A stretch of DNA of 36,311 nucleotides from Candidatus Woesearchaeota archaeon (GCA_964386445.1 CAYLRC010000001.1:1-36311), one strand, 5' to 3'. Counted from the stretch's first letter, positions 16,551 through 25,561 are shown. The notes: generated by a model from the sequence alone, not told the origin. A program made the numbers and translations.

Positions 16551-17919
16551 TGATCTCACCTCCAGCTATTTTTTCAGCAAGTTCTATGGCTTTTTCATAA
16601 ATCTTCTTATTTAAGAAGCCATTTTGAAACTTCAGATCTAATTTTTCCCTATCTACAATCCTCCTCCCTTCCGAATTTTCAACTACATCTATCTCCAGAT
16701 CAATGTATCTTGAAAATCTTGGGGAAACTTCAATCGGTGTGTTTATTGAGAAATATCTTCCCTTAAGCTTCCCTTCAGCATTATAATACTCGTGAAGGAT
16801 GAACCACCCTCCTTCCCTGAATTTCGTAATAGCAAAATCTCCAGCCTCAGTTCTCAAATTTAGTCCATCATAACTCCCTCTATATCTTATAGTCCTCTTC
16901 AATTTGATCAGATCTTTCGAAAATTCCTCAACCTGCCCCTTTATAGTTATGTTCCTACCATTCAACTTTTTATGAACAACAAAATAGTTTGATCCAACCT
17001 TTGGAAAATTTTTCTCCAAGGTCTTTGAGATACTCTCTTCTAAGACTTTCTGGTCTACTTTCCCTATTAAAGAGTCTGCCATATCCACGAGCTCCATATA
17101 CTCAAATGATTTCAGTTTATGATGTCCTGGAATAGTAGGTAGTACTTGGGCTCTTATTTCATCTAGCTTCCTCTTAGCTTCTGGTCCAAAATCTATGAAA
17201 TACATTACCAACCCTCTCTCTATCTGCCCAGGAGAATCCGATTCCTCAAATTTCCTCCTAATTTCCTCTTCTTTTGCAAATAACCTTTCCATCTCCTTCC
17301 TTAGCTCCTCGTCGCTCTTCCCTTGAGCTAGCGCCTTCCATAGAACACCATATCCCCTCAACTTAGCCTCTTTACTTAAATTCATCAATCTTTCTATTTC
17401 CTTCTCGTCTTTCAAATGCTTACTCACTTTAGTGAAGCCATTTTTTATCAACACAAGGTTATCGCCAAATATCCTAAGTTGAGTTGAAAGGAGATAGAAC
17501 TCCCTAGAGACTCCTTTAGTTTGAACTAGGATCTTCTCACCCTCCCTAAGATAGCCCCAATAGTTCTGTAAAGAAAGTAATCCTTGTTTGCCATTGCCTA
17601 AATCAACGATTATATTCTTACTTCTCTGATCAAACCTCCTTATTTTTCCCCTATAAATAGTCCCTATCTCAATCTTCCTCACGAAAACATCATCAAAACT
17701 TTCTTTTAAGATCTTCACCACTTCTTCACAACCACAGCCATTTATGGTTACACCATTCAAGTCTTCCTTATCGTAGATGAGAATATCCGCACTCTTCCCA
17801 ACTTCGTCAAGATTAAATCTATCGAGAATAGGATCTGATGGATCGGCTATCTCAAAATTCTTATCTCTAAGCAACTTAGTGAGTGCAGTAGCATAAATCC
17901 CTCGGATTTTCACTTTCAT
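16540..17919 (-). CDS. fau-1: FAU-1 / RNase E/G-like RNA-binding protein with C-terminal DUF402-like region
   Basis: 459 aa. The N-terminus MKVKIRGIYATALTKLL, the internal KLDEIRAQVLPTIPGHHKLK and the C-terminal YFSINTPIEVSPRFSRYIDLEIDVV match my memory of Pyrococcus/Thermococcus FAU-1. ATGA overlap with the rrp41 stop. Confidence 0.7.
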   Translation of the reverse strand: MKVKIRGIYATALTKLLRDKNFEIADPSDPILDRFNLDEVGKSADILIYDKEDLNGVTINGCGCEEVVKILKESFDDVFVRKIEIGTIYRGKIRRFDQRSKNIIVDLGNGKQGLLSLQNYWGYLREGEKILVQTKGVSREFYLLSTQLRIFGDNLVLIKNGFTKVSKHLKDEKEIERLMNLSKEAKLRGYGVLWKALAQGKSDEELRKEMERLFAKEEEIRRKFEESDSPGQIERGLVMYFIDFGPEAKRKLDEIRAQVLPTIPGHHKLKSFEYMELVDMADSLIGKVDQKVLEESISKTLEKNFPKVGSNYFVVHKKLNGRNITIKGQVEEFSKDLIKLKRTIRYRGSYDGLNLRTEAGDFAITKFREGGWFILHEYYNAEGKLKGRYFSINTPIEVSPRFSRYIDLEIDVVENSEGRRIVDREKLDLKFQNGFLNKKIYEKAIELAEKIAGGEINDV

Positions 17920-18599
17920 ATTCTCACATATTTCTTCTTTAAGGCTTTCTTCTGGATTTCATAGATTTGAAGACAACCTTTTATCCCTAATTTAATAATT
18001 TCCCTCAACTCTTCGGCCGTTACTTCTCCATCCAATTGAATTAAAGTTATCCATTTTTTATTTGGCATGTATGCAATAGGAACATCAGTACATGGTTCTG
18101 TATCCTCCTCTTCTTTAGTTAAGTCTAGTACAATTTGATCCTTCACCTTCCCAGCTGCAACAGCACTTACCAAATCTCTCATTGGGATACCAGCATCAGC
18201 AAGGGCCATGGATGCTGCGCAAATACTAGCGCATCTAGTTCCAGCATCAGCTTCCAGAACATAGGTGTAGACATCTATTGCAGTTCTTGGAAACTCCTCA
18301 ATGAATATCGTCGGCTCAAGGGCTCTTTTAATGGCTGTGCTCAGTTCTATCTCTCTCCTTCCAGGGCTCGGAGACTTCCTCTCAGGTACGGAGAAAGTCG
18401 TCATGTTGTAATAGCATCGGAGTACGCTCTTCTCAGGATCTTGCAAATGTTTTGGATGCAGTTCCCTTGGACCATAGACTGCAGCTACTACAGCTGTGTT
18501 CCCTATTTTGAAGTAAGCTGATCCATCAGCACTACTTATTACCCCAACTTTCGCTTCTATCTTCCTAAGCTCATCATTCTTCCTACCGTCGCTCCTCAT
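17916..18599 (-). CDS. rrp41: exosome complex exonuclease Rrp41 (RNase PH-like catalytic subunit)
   Basis: [46 protein letters not shown] and LEADAGTRCASICAASMALADAGIPMRDLVSAVAAGK are canonical Rrp41/RNase PH motifs. Confidence 0.9.
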   Translation of the reverse strand: MRSDGRKNDELRKIEAKVGVISSADGSAYFKIGNTAVVAAVYGPRELHPKHLQDPEKSVLRCYYNMTTFSVPERKSPSPGRREIELSTAIKRALEPTIFIEEFPRTAIDVYTYVLEADAGTRCASICAASMALADAGIPMRDLVSAVAAGKVKDQIVLDLTKEEEDTEPCTDVPIAYMPNKKWITLIQLDGEVTAEELREIIKLGIKGCLQIYEIQKKALKKKYVRI

Positions 18600-19282
18600 T
18601 TCAAAACACCTTCCAACATCTCCTTAACTTTCTTGGTTAGTCCAGAAACATGTGATTCCCTCTCAATCATCAAAATCGCTTTCGTAGCTTTTATTTCTCC
18701 TGTTAGCGTGCCCTTAATCCAGATCCAACCATTCTGTCCAACTATTATATTGCACTTCGTATACTCTTTAATCATATTTATCATGCTCCCCTTCTTTCCT
18801 ATTACCCTAGGAACTTTATAGGGAGTTATCTTAATTATTTTCCCTCCCTCAAGCTTCTTTGGTGTTATGTTCTTAACGCTTAGTTGAATCATCTTCGATT
18901 TCGGAACGTTTATTACCCTAGCTAGGATCAAGTCATTTACATCCAAGAACTTGCTTAGATCGACTTTCAACAAATCTACGAATTCGCTCAAGGTTTCACC
19001 CACTGGTAAATTAGCCATGTAAGGAGCTCCTATATCGACGAGCCAACCTGAGAAGCCTATATCAACTATCCTCCCTATAACTAAATCGTTCTTGTTTGGA
19101 ATATAAACCCCAGCAAGAGGAATAACTTTTATCAAATTCCCCTCGATCTCAAGTAAACCTACCCTACTAGCATAAATTTTCTTACCTTCCCTATAAACTC
19201 CCCCTACAGTTTCGAAATCTCCCTCTCCAATCAATTCCCCAGGAATTACTATCTCCTTACTTTTCAAGAAAAGTTTACCCAT
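18596..19282 (-). CDS. rrp4: exosome complex RNA-binding subunit Rrp4 (S1 + KH)
   Basis: VIPGELIG, the S1-like [28 protein letters not shown] and the KH-like [33 protein letters not shown]. Position between SBDS and rrp41. Confidence 0.85.
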   Translation of the reverse strand: MGKLFLKSKEIVIPGELIGEGDFETVGGVYREGKKIYASRVGLLEIEGNLIKVIPLAGVYIPNKNDLVIGRIVDIGFSGWLVDIGAPYMANLPVGETLSEFVDLLKVDLSKFLDVNDLILARVINVPKSKMIQLSVKNITPKKLEGGKIIKITPYKVPRVIGKKGSMINMIKEYTKCNIIVGQNGWIWIKGTLTGEIKATKAILMIERESHVSGLTKKVKEMLEGVLK

Positions 19283-19973
19283 TATTAATCACCTTAGCAT
19301 CAGCACTTCCATGAGTCAACTTACTTATCTTCCCAAGTACATCCGATTGCATCCCAGCCGGTACTTGGATTATGAAATGTAGAGAGCCATCGTCCCTCCA
19401 CTCTGCTTTTAAAACCTCTCCAAGTCTTTGAAGTTGAGCATACACTTTAGGGCCAAATTCTACAGAGACCCTACCCTCAATTTTAACTTGCTCAAATTTA
19501 ATGGGAATAACCATCCTCAAGGCTTCCACAACATCTTTCAATTGCTCCTCAGCACTCTTAAATGGGTCTATCTTCACTTTAGCCTCCTCGAGAGCGAGTT
19601 CAATTCTCTTCTCAGGAATCGGCTTATTCGTCCTAGCATCAATAGCATTAGTAGTTATCAAGTTAATTATTTTCCTCAACTTCTCTTCCTGTAACTTCTT
19701 CCTGTACTCAGCTGTAAGCTGTACTTCTCCCTCAATTAGGATTTTCTTAGCAACCTCAAATGGGTCGTCTGTTCCAAAGACTTCCTTCAAATTTCCCGCC
19801 CTCTCTCCCTTCCTAGCATCTTTGTATATCTCGGGAATTGCTAGCACATCCCTTATATCAACTTTAGAAGGGTCTTTCCTAAACTCAATAGCTTTCTCAC
19901 AATCAACTAGAATTTCAAAATTCCTATCCCCTTTTCTAACTCTAGCAATTACAGCTTTATCAATCGAAGTCAT
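19275..19973 (-). CDS. SBDS/Sdo1-family ribosome maturation protein
   Basis: [29 protein letters not shown]...[20 protein letters not shown]...[28 protein letters not shown] is the SBDS FYSH-domain signature. The ATG directly abuts the psmA TAG. Confidence 0.85.
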   Translation of the reverse strand: MTSIDKAVIARVRKGDRNFEILVDCEKAIEFRKDPSKVDIRDVLAIPEIYKDARKGERAGNLKEVFGTDDPFEVAKKILIEGEVQLTAEYRKKLQEEKLRKIINLITTNAIDARTNKPIPEKRIELALEEAKVKIDPFKSAEEQLKDVVEALRMVIPIKFEQVKIEGRVSVEFGPKVYAQLQRLGEVLKAEWRDDGSLHFIIQVPAGMQSDVLGKISKLTHGSADAKVINNG

Positions 19974-20696
19974 CTACCTCACGAAATTCTCTACTTCTTC
20001 CCTCCTAAACTTTCTAAACTTTTTAGTATCAACAGGTATTACAGCTATTTCTATCCTCTCCTTCTTGAACTTATTACCAAGCGCTGTTTTAATCGCTTTT
20101 ATCCCAAGCTTTATAGCATCTTCAATCTTCAGCTTTTCATTATAATTATCCTCGAGGACCTTAATTGCTATTTCAGCATTCTCACCAACTGCAGTAGCTT
20201 TATACTCATAAAATATTCCGCTCGGCTCAGTTAGGAAGAGCTTTGGTTCTCCATCAACCCCTCCAATTAGTAAGCTCACACCAAATGGTCTAGTTCCGGC
20301 GTATTGAGTATAGTACTGTTTTACGTTGCAAATTTCCTTAACTACATCTATTACCCTTATTGGTTCATCGTAAATCAACCTGTGTCTTTGAGCTTCCTCT
20401 TGAGCCCTCTCAACGAGGACCCTACCATCTGATATCAAACCACTCATCGTCGCTCCTATATGCTCATCTATCTGGAAGATCTTCTCAACGCTCTCAGGAA
20501 CGACCAACTTTTCAAAAATCCTTTTATCAGCAATTAGAACCACGCCGTCCTTGGCTACTATTCCAATAGTTATTGCCCCTTGCTCTACAGTCTTCCTAGC
20601 ATATTCTACTTGAAGCAATCTCCCATCTGGTGAGAAGATTGTTATAGCCCTATCATACCCCAACAATTCTGATGGCAAAGCAGGCGTTATGACCAC
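19974..20696 (-). CDS. psmA: proteasome subunit alpha
   Basis: GYDRAITIFSPDGRLLQVEYARKTVEQGAITIGI is the invariant alpha-subunit N-terminus. GTG start at 20696 with AAGGAG upstream (start uncertain by a few codons). Confidence 0.9.
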   Translation of the reverse strand: MVITPALPSELLGYDRAITIFSPDGRLLQVEYARKTVEQGAITIGIVAKDGVVLIADKRIFEKLVVPESVEKIFQIDEHIGATMSGLISDGRVLVERAQEEAQRHRLIYDEPIRVIDVVKEICNVKQYYTQYAGTRPFGVSLLIGGVDGEPKLFLTEPSGIFYEYKATAVGENAEIAIKVLEDNYNEKLKIEDAIKLGIKAIKTALGNKFKKERIEIAVIPVDTKKFRKFRREEVENFVR

Positions 20697-21010
20697 CCCT
20701 TCTCCTTAAGCACCTTTCTCAACTTCTTCAAACTACCACTTACATAAATAACCGCTAGATTAATAAATTTATTGTTCACCTCCCTCATTAGGCTTAGGCA
20801 AACCTTGAGTTCATCTACAAATCTATGGCTTACCCTAAAGATTACAAATTTGTTAGTTGCTTGGATAACCCTTAGTTTAGCTTTGCCGAAATCCTTCTCA
20901 CCAAGGAAATTCAGAAATTCCTTCTTTAAAGATCTCAGCACTTCATTTATCTCTACTTCCCCGGGACTCAATACCTCTACCAACACATATCTCTTCTTTT
21001 CCCTAATCAT
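20687..21010 (-). CDS. rnp2: RNase P protein component 2 (Pop5 homologue)
   Basis: 107 aa. The KKRYVLVEV start is typical of Pop5. It holds the conserved position between Rpp30 and psmA in the archaeal exosome superoperon. ATGA overlap with the upstream gene. Confidence 0.7.
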   Translation of the reverse strand: MIREKKRYVLVEVLSPGEVEINEVLRSLKKEFLNFLGEKDFGKAKLRVIQATNKFVIFRVSHRFVDELKVCLSLMREVNNKFINLAVIYVSGSLKKLRKVLKEKGWS

Positions 21011-21642
21011 TCTACAACTACCCCCGGCATTATATATTTACCCTTCTCTTTTGCTTCCTCACGCCTAATTATCTCCCTCTGAGCAAAGTAAAATGGTTTC
21101 TTATACTCTCTTATGCCTAGAAACTTAGAGAAGGCTAGTAGGTTACTCAATGCCCTTAGCTCATAGAAATTCGTAGCCCCGCTCCCTATAATTATTGGCA
21201 TTCCCTTCTTCTGAGCTATCTCACAACTTTTTGAGAGCTTAGCAAGGATCTTACTCCTCCTATTACCTTTACTTTTCAAAATCAAGTTAAAATCAACTAG
21301 GAGCGATACTTTAGTTAGCGAGGCGAATCTGGCAATCACATCATTTATTTTAACTACATTCACCGCATCAACTAAAGCCCTCTGACAGGCAACTTTGGTT
21401 AGTGAATAATTTTTACTTTTTAGTACTATGAAATTTCCATGACTTCTCTTCAATTTATTCTTCAATTCCTTTAAAGAATTTGCAACTAGCTCAACACCTT
21501 TAAGTACCCTAAACTTATCCGGAAGGTTTCTCGGGAGCTTCCTGAAGAAACATGCTCCAACAAAGCCATGCTTCTTTAAAAAAACAACAGCTTTATCAAC
21601 TTCTTCCTCATCTCCGATCTTCACAAAAAAATCGTAGTACAT
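21007..21642 (-). CDS. rnp3: RNase P protein component 3 (Rpp30 homologue)
   Basis: 211 aa with an MYYDF start. The size and its position as first gene of the superoperon fit Rpp30. The call rests mainly on context. Confidence 0.65.
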   Translation of the reverse strand: MYYDFFVKIGDEEEVDKAVVFLKKHGFVGACFFRKLPRNLPDKFRVLKGVELVANSLKELKNKLKRSHGNFIVLKSKNYSLTKVACQRALVDAVNVVKINDVIARFASLTKVSLLVDFNLILKSKGNRRSKILAKLSKSCEIAQKKGMPIIIGSGATNFYELRALSNLLAFSKFLGIREYKKPFYFAQREIIRREEAKEKGKYIMPGVVVE

Positions 21643-21697
21643 AGTGATTCCTAAACTATCGGATTTTTTAAGTTTTCAGAAGCGCAATTTTGGAATT

Positions 21698-21713
21698 AGG
21701 AAAAATTTTATAT
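21698..21713 (+). promoter_or_regulatory. BRE/TATA-like promoter element for tRNA-Phe
   Basis: aggaaaaaTTTTATAT. The TATA centre is about 27-28 nt upstream of tRNA base 1 (21737), the spacing expected for archaeal TBP/TFB promoters. Confidence 0.5.
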
Positions 21714-21736
21714 GAGGTCCGTGAAGTCTATAATGA

Positions 21737-21810
21737 GGGGCCGTAGCGCAGCCCGGGAGCGCGAGCGGCTGAAGACCGCTGTGTCCGGGGTTCAAATCCC
21801 CGCGGCCCCA
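21737..21810 (+). tRNA. tRNA-Phe (anticodon GAA), no intron, CCA not encoded
   Basis: Folded by hand. Acceptor GGGGCCG/CGGCCCC, D arm GCGC-AGCCCGGGA-GCGC, anticodon arm AGCGG-CTGAAGA-CCGCT, variable loop GTGTC, T arm CGGGG-TTCAAAT-CCCCG, discriminator A. Every stem pair is Watson-Crick. Confidence 0.9.
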
Positions 21811-21881
21811 GTTCTAGTTTCTCAGACTAAGCTCTACAAGTAAGAGTAAAGTTTATTTTTCTTCCCAAATTACTGATTTTC

Positions 21882-22652
21882 ATGACTAGGATAATAACAA
21901 TAGCAAGTGGTAAAGGTGGTGTGGGTAAAACAACAGTAACTGTAAACTTATCCTATGCTCTATATAAATTGAGGAGGGATGTGACGATAATTGATGCTAA
22001 CCTAACATCCCCAAACATTTACTTACATATGAATATCCCCATAACCCCAACAACTTTGCACGATGCTTTGAAGGGTAAGATATCGATAAAGGAAGCTGTA
22101 TACTTACACTACTCTGGGGTCAAAGTTGTTCCTGCAAGCATAGCTCTCCAAGATCTTAAACTAAGAGAAAAGGAGAGATTATCGAATTTAATAGTCGAGT
22201 TGATTGGAACCTCGGAATTCATAATAATCGATGCTGCCCCAGGACTAACTGCTGATACCATCGATGCTTTGGAAGCATGTAATGAATTGTTCGTCGTTAC
22301 AAATCCAGAACTTCCAGCTACTGTTGAAGCTTTGAGAGTAATAGAATTCACTAAGAGAATTGGGATCAAACATATAGGAGTGGTTCTAAATAAGTATGCT
22401 AGGAAAAAATGGGAATTGAAGCCAAAGTATATCCAAAATTTCTTGGAAACACCAATAAAGGCGATAATCCCAGAGGATGATAATGTGAAAAAAGCGATTG
22501 CTAAAAGGATACCTGTAGTCGAATCTTATCCAAATTCTCCAGCAGCAAAGGCATTCATTAGGTTTGCGGAAAAACTTTTAGGGATGAAGAGAGTAAGGGT
22601 TAAAAAGGAAAGTGCGATAACAAAAATCTTGAAATTCTTAGGGCTTAAGTAG
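21882..22652 (+). CDS. minD: MinD/ParA-family P-loop ATPase (archaeal MinD-like)
   Basis: Deviant Walker A IASGKGGVGKTTVTVNLS, Walker B-like FIIIDAAPG, and a short amphipathic C-terminal tail KESAITKILKFLGLK. Confidence 0.8.
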   Translation: MTRIITIASGKGGVGKTTVTVNLSYALYKLRRDVTIIDANLTSPNIYLHMNIPITPTTLHDALKGKISIKEAVYLHYSGVKVVPASIALQDLKLREKERLSNLIVELIGTSEFIIIDAAPGLTADTIDALEACNELFVVTNPELPATVEALRVIEFTKRIGIKHIGVVLNKYARKKWELKPKYIQNFLETPIKAIIPEDDNVKKAIAKRIPVVESYPNSPAAKAFIRFAEKLLGMKRVRVKKESAITKILKFLGLK

Positions 22653-22656
22653 AAAC

Positions 22657-23343
22657 TTAAACTGAGCCTAGATCCTTCAAATTTTTTGGTAGGAATTCCT
22701 TGCTAAACTTATGTGCCATCCTTATCGGTTCTGGAATCCTATTTACAGAACACTCTAACACAATCCTAATAGCATCCTCAAGGGTTATCAAATTCCCTAC
22801 AGAAACATAGACTGGTTTAGCATTTTTAGTGTTCTTAACTGCAGCCCCTACAATCTCCTCACCCAAGAATATTTCCTTATGCTCTCCATATTTTTTAGGT
22901 AGTTCCCTAAGCTCCCCACAAAGCAATTCTTTGGCAAACCCTATCGTCGGCTTTTGTAAGGTAACTCCTATGTGAGTAGCTAATCCACACTTCCTCGGAT
23001 GCAGCTTACCGTTTCCATCGACAATTATCACATCAAATTTCTCCTCCAAGCTCTTTATAGCCTTTATCATTATAGCCCCTTCTCTAAAACCTAAAAACCC
23101 GGGAATGTAAGGGAACTTCACGATTTCTATCACAACCTTCTTCTCGATGATTTCGAATTCTTTAGCATCTAAGATTACAGCACAACAATTCGCCACATTC
23201 TCAAAGAAATGAACATCAACCCCGCAAATCTTAGATACTTTCTTAACTCTCTTCTCCTTAACCCTCTTCGCTACTTCCTCCTGAATTTTCTCCAAGTCAC
23301 TTAAACTTATAGAAAAATTTCTCAAATTCCTTGATTCTTCCAT
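22657..23343 (-). CDS. nfi: endonuclease V
   Basis: CGVDVHF, KFPYIPGFLGFREG and VDGNGKLHPRKCGLATHIGV are EndoV motifs. The ORF track starts at TTG 23349 and the first ATG is 23343. A TTG at 23295, 1 nt after the upstream stop, is an equally plausible start (MEKIQEEVAKRV...). Confidence 0.85.
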   Translation of the reverse strand: MEESRNLRNFSISLSDLEKIQEEVAKRVKEKRVKKVSKICGVDVHFFENVANCCAVILDAKEFEIIEKKVVIEIVKFPYIPGFLGFREGAIMIKAIKSLEEKFDVIIVDGNGKLHPRKCGLATHIGVTLQKPTIGFAKELLCGELRELPKKYGEHKEIFLGEEIVGAAVKNTKNAKPVYVSVGNLITLEDAIRIVLECSVNRIPEPIRMAHKFSKEFLPKNLKDLGSV

Positions 23344-23599
23344 TTTCAATTTTTATACCATCCTTCTTTAATAATTTAATCTTCCTCCGGATCCCAAGAC
23401 TATAGCCTCCAATTTTACCATCACTCCTCACTACCCTATAGCATGGAATCTTCTCCGGATCTTGATTCCTTTTTAAAATTTGGCCAACAACTCTTGCTAA
23501 TTTCTTATTCCCTAGAGCTCTAGCTATTTCCCCATAGGTACTTACTTTTCCCCTCGGGATTTTCTTGACCAATTCGTAAACCCTTTGTTCTATCTCCAT
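23297..23599 (-). CDS. single-domain MGMT/Ogt-like DNA-binding protein (alkyltransferase C-terminal domain only, PCYR site)
   Basis: 100 aa. VYELVKKIPRGKVSTYGEIARALG ... IPCYRVVRSDGKIGGYSLG ... KIKLLKKDGI is the AGT helix-turn-helix/active-site domain. The motif reads PCYR rather than PCHR, and there is no N-terminal Ogt domain. Confidence 0.75.
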   Translation of the reverse strand: MEIEQRVYELVKKIPRGKVSTYGEIARALGNKKLARVVGQILKRNQDPEKIPCYRVVRSDGKIGGYSLGIRRKIKLLKKDGIKIENGRIKEFEKFFYKFK

Positions 23600-23683
23600 C
23601 TCGGGACCCCTTATATCCTCATCGAGCTCTACACTTAAAATTTTCTCAAAAGATTTTTTAACAACTCAAGCATATGAAGTTTC

Positions 23684-25465
23684 ATGCTAAGAGCTCCGAT
23701 AGTAACTGTACTTGGCCATATAGATGCTGGAAAAACTACGTTACTCGATAAAATTAGAGGTACTGCCGTCGCTCAAAAAGAGCTAGGAGGGATAACCCAA
23801 CATATTGGAGCTACTGAAATCCCAATCGAAGTTGTGGAGAAGATATGTAGGGAGATAACGAAGAGCTTTAAGGTTGAGATAAAGATCACGAGCCTGCTTT
23901 TCATTGATACTCCTGGACATGAGGCATTCACAAATTTAAGGAAACGTGGGGGTAGTATCGCGGATATAGCGATAATTGTTGTCGATGTAAATGAAGGAAT
24001 TCAAAAGCAAACAATAGAAGCTTTAGAGATAGTTAGAAGTTTTAAGGTTCCATTCTTTATAGCCTTAACCAAGATAGATACAATTCACGGTTGGAAAAAT
24101 AACAATACTGTATGCTTTTCCAAAAGTTTTGAAAAGCAAAGTGATTTCACCAAGATAGAATTTGAGAAAAAGCTTTCCCAAGTCATAACTCAACTCTCTA
24201 ATCTTGGGCTGAGGGCTGAACTTTTCTCGAGAGTTAAGGATTATGAGAAAGTGATCCCCATAGTTCCGTGTTCTGGAGTTACGGGGGAAGGAATCGGGGA
24301 GTTACTACTCTTGATCGTTGGTTACGCTCAGAAATTCCTCAAAGATAAACTCGAACTCGATCTTGAGGGAAGGGCCGAAGGAAACATCCTTGAAGTTAAG
24401 GAGGAAAAAGGTCTTGGCAAGACTCTAAATGTTATTCTCTATAGAGGTAAGTTAAGGAGGGGAGATCTAATTGTAGTTGGAGGTGTAAAGGGGCCAGTGG
24501 TGACCAAGGTTAAAGCGATACTTAGACCAGTTCCTTTAAGGGATATGAGGGAGAAGTGTAAGTTCTATGAGGTTGAGGAAGTTGCCTCCGCATGTGGGAT
24601 TAAGATAACAGCCAGTAATCTAGAAAATGTAGTTGCTGGTATGCCCCTAATGAGCTGTAAGGAATCGGAAGTTGAGGAAGTAAAGGAGTTGATTAGGAAA
24701 GAAGTAGGAGAAGTTATGATTAACCTTGAGCAGGAGGGTGTAATAGTTAAGGCTGATACATTAGGAACTTTAGAGGCAATTTTGAAAATCCTTAGGGAGA
24801 AAGGAATTAGGGTAAAAAAGGCAGAGATAGGAAATTTAAATAGGAATGATGTTGTGGAAGCCAGTGAGCTAAGGAAGAAAGATCCATTCCTTGGAGTTAT
24901 TTTTCTCTTCAATGTTAAGGCTCCAAAAGATTTGACTGCCTTAGCTGAGAATTACGGGGTTAAGATATTTGAAAGTAAGGTAATTTACAAACTAGTTGAG
25001 GATTATGAAGAGTGGAAGGAGAGAGTTGTTGAGGAGGAGAGGAAGAAGATATTGCAAAAATTAACAACCCCAAGTAAGATTAGAATACTACCTGGCTATG
25101 TATTTAGGCAAAGCAAGCCAGCTGTGGTTGGCGTAGAGGTCCTTGCCGGAAAGATAAGGAGTGGTTATAGGTTAATGAAAGAGAGTGGAAAACCAATTGG
25201 TGTAATCAAGGGAATTGAGCATATGGGAGAACCACTTGAGGAGGCGGGGGAGGGTGAGAAAGTAGCAGTCTCAATTGATGGTGCCGTCATTGGAAGGAAT
25301 GTGAAGGAGGGGGAGGTTTTACTTTCTGATATGGATGAAAGGGAATACTTAACTCTAGAGGAGAAGAATCTCCTGAAATTCCTTAAGGATTCTGAACTTC
25401 AAGTCCTTGAAGAGATCTTAAAGATCAAGAGGAAGAAGAATCCTTTGTGGGGTTTCAGGGCGTGA
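23684..25465 (+). CDS. infB: translation initiation factor aIF5B (IF-2 homologue)
   Basis: 593 aa. RAPIVTVLGHIDAGKTTLLDKIRGT, FIDTPGHEAF and ALTKIDT GTPase motifs, with the size typical of aIF5B. Confidence 0.9.
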   Translation: MLRAPIVTVLGHIDAGKTTLLDKIRGTAVAQKELGGITQHIGATEIPIEVVEKICREITKSFKVEIKITSLLFIDTPGHEAFTNLRKRGGSIADIAIIVVDVNEGIQKQTIEALEIVRSFKVPFFIALTKIDTIHGWKNNNTVCFSKSFEKQSDFTKIEFEKKLSQVITQLSNLGLRAELFSRVKDYEKVIPIVPCSGVTGEGIGELLLLIVGYAQKFLKDKLELDLEGRAEGNILEVKEEKGLGKTLNVILYRGKLRRGDLIVVGGVKGPVVTKVKAILRPVPLRDMREKCKFYEVEEVASACGIKITASNLENVVAGMPLMSCKESEVEEVKELIRKEVGEVMINLEQEGVIVKADTLGTLEAILKILREKGIRVKKAEIGNLNRNDVVEASELRKKDPFLGVIFLFNVKAPKDLTALAENYGVKIFESKVIYKLVEDYEEWKERVVEEERKKILQKLTTPSKIRILPGYVFRQSKPAVVGVEVLAGKIRSGYRLMKESGKPIGVIKGIEHMGEPLEEAGEGEKVAVSIDGAVIGRNVKEGEVLLSDMDEREYLTLEEKNLLKFLKDSELQVLEEILKIKRKKNPLWGFRA

Positions 25466-25561
25466 AAGTAGAGTGCGTTATTTTGTACTTAAGGAACTTA
25501 ACGACAGAAAATCTCAGAAAAATTTTTAACAATTCTTGCTTTCTAGTTTAGAGGTGATTAG

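Noticed and set aside
19501-20145. 214-aa plus-strand ORF, with similar antisense ORFs at 7452..7940, 3922..4248, 10667..11050, 18135..18521, 27865..28269 and 24565..24912.
   Set aside because: All lie entirely antisense to confidently identified conserved genes (SBDS/PsmA, GluRS, the glycosyltransferase, the RNase J operon, Rrp41, Pelota and aIF5B). Their S/L/F/I-rich composition is what an AT-rich, purine-loaded coding strand produces on its complement.
23297-23349. Overlap of the MGMT-like and nfi ORFs in different frames, considered as a programmed frameshift producing an AGT-EndoV fusion.
   Set aside because: There is no slippery heptamer or obvious stimulatory structure. A TTG at 23295, 1 nt after the MGMT-like stop, offers an ordinary coupled start. 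The MGMT-like C-terminus looks complete. I kept this only as a gene-pair observation.
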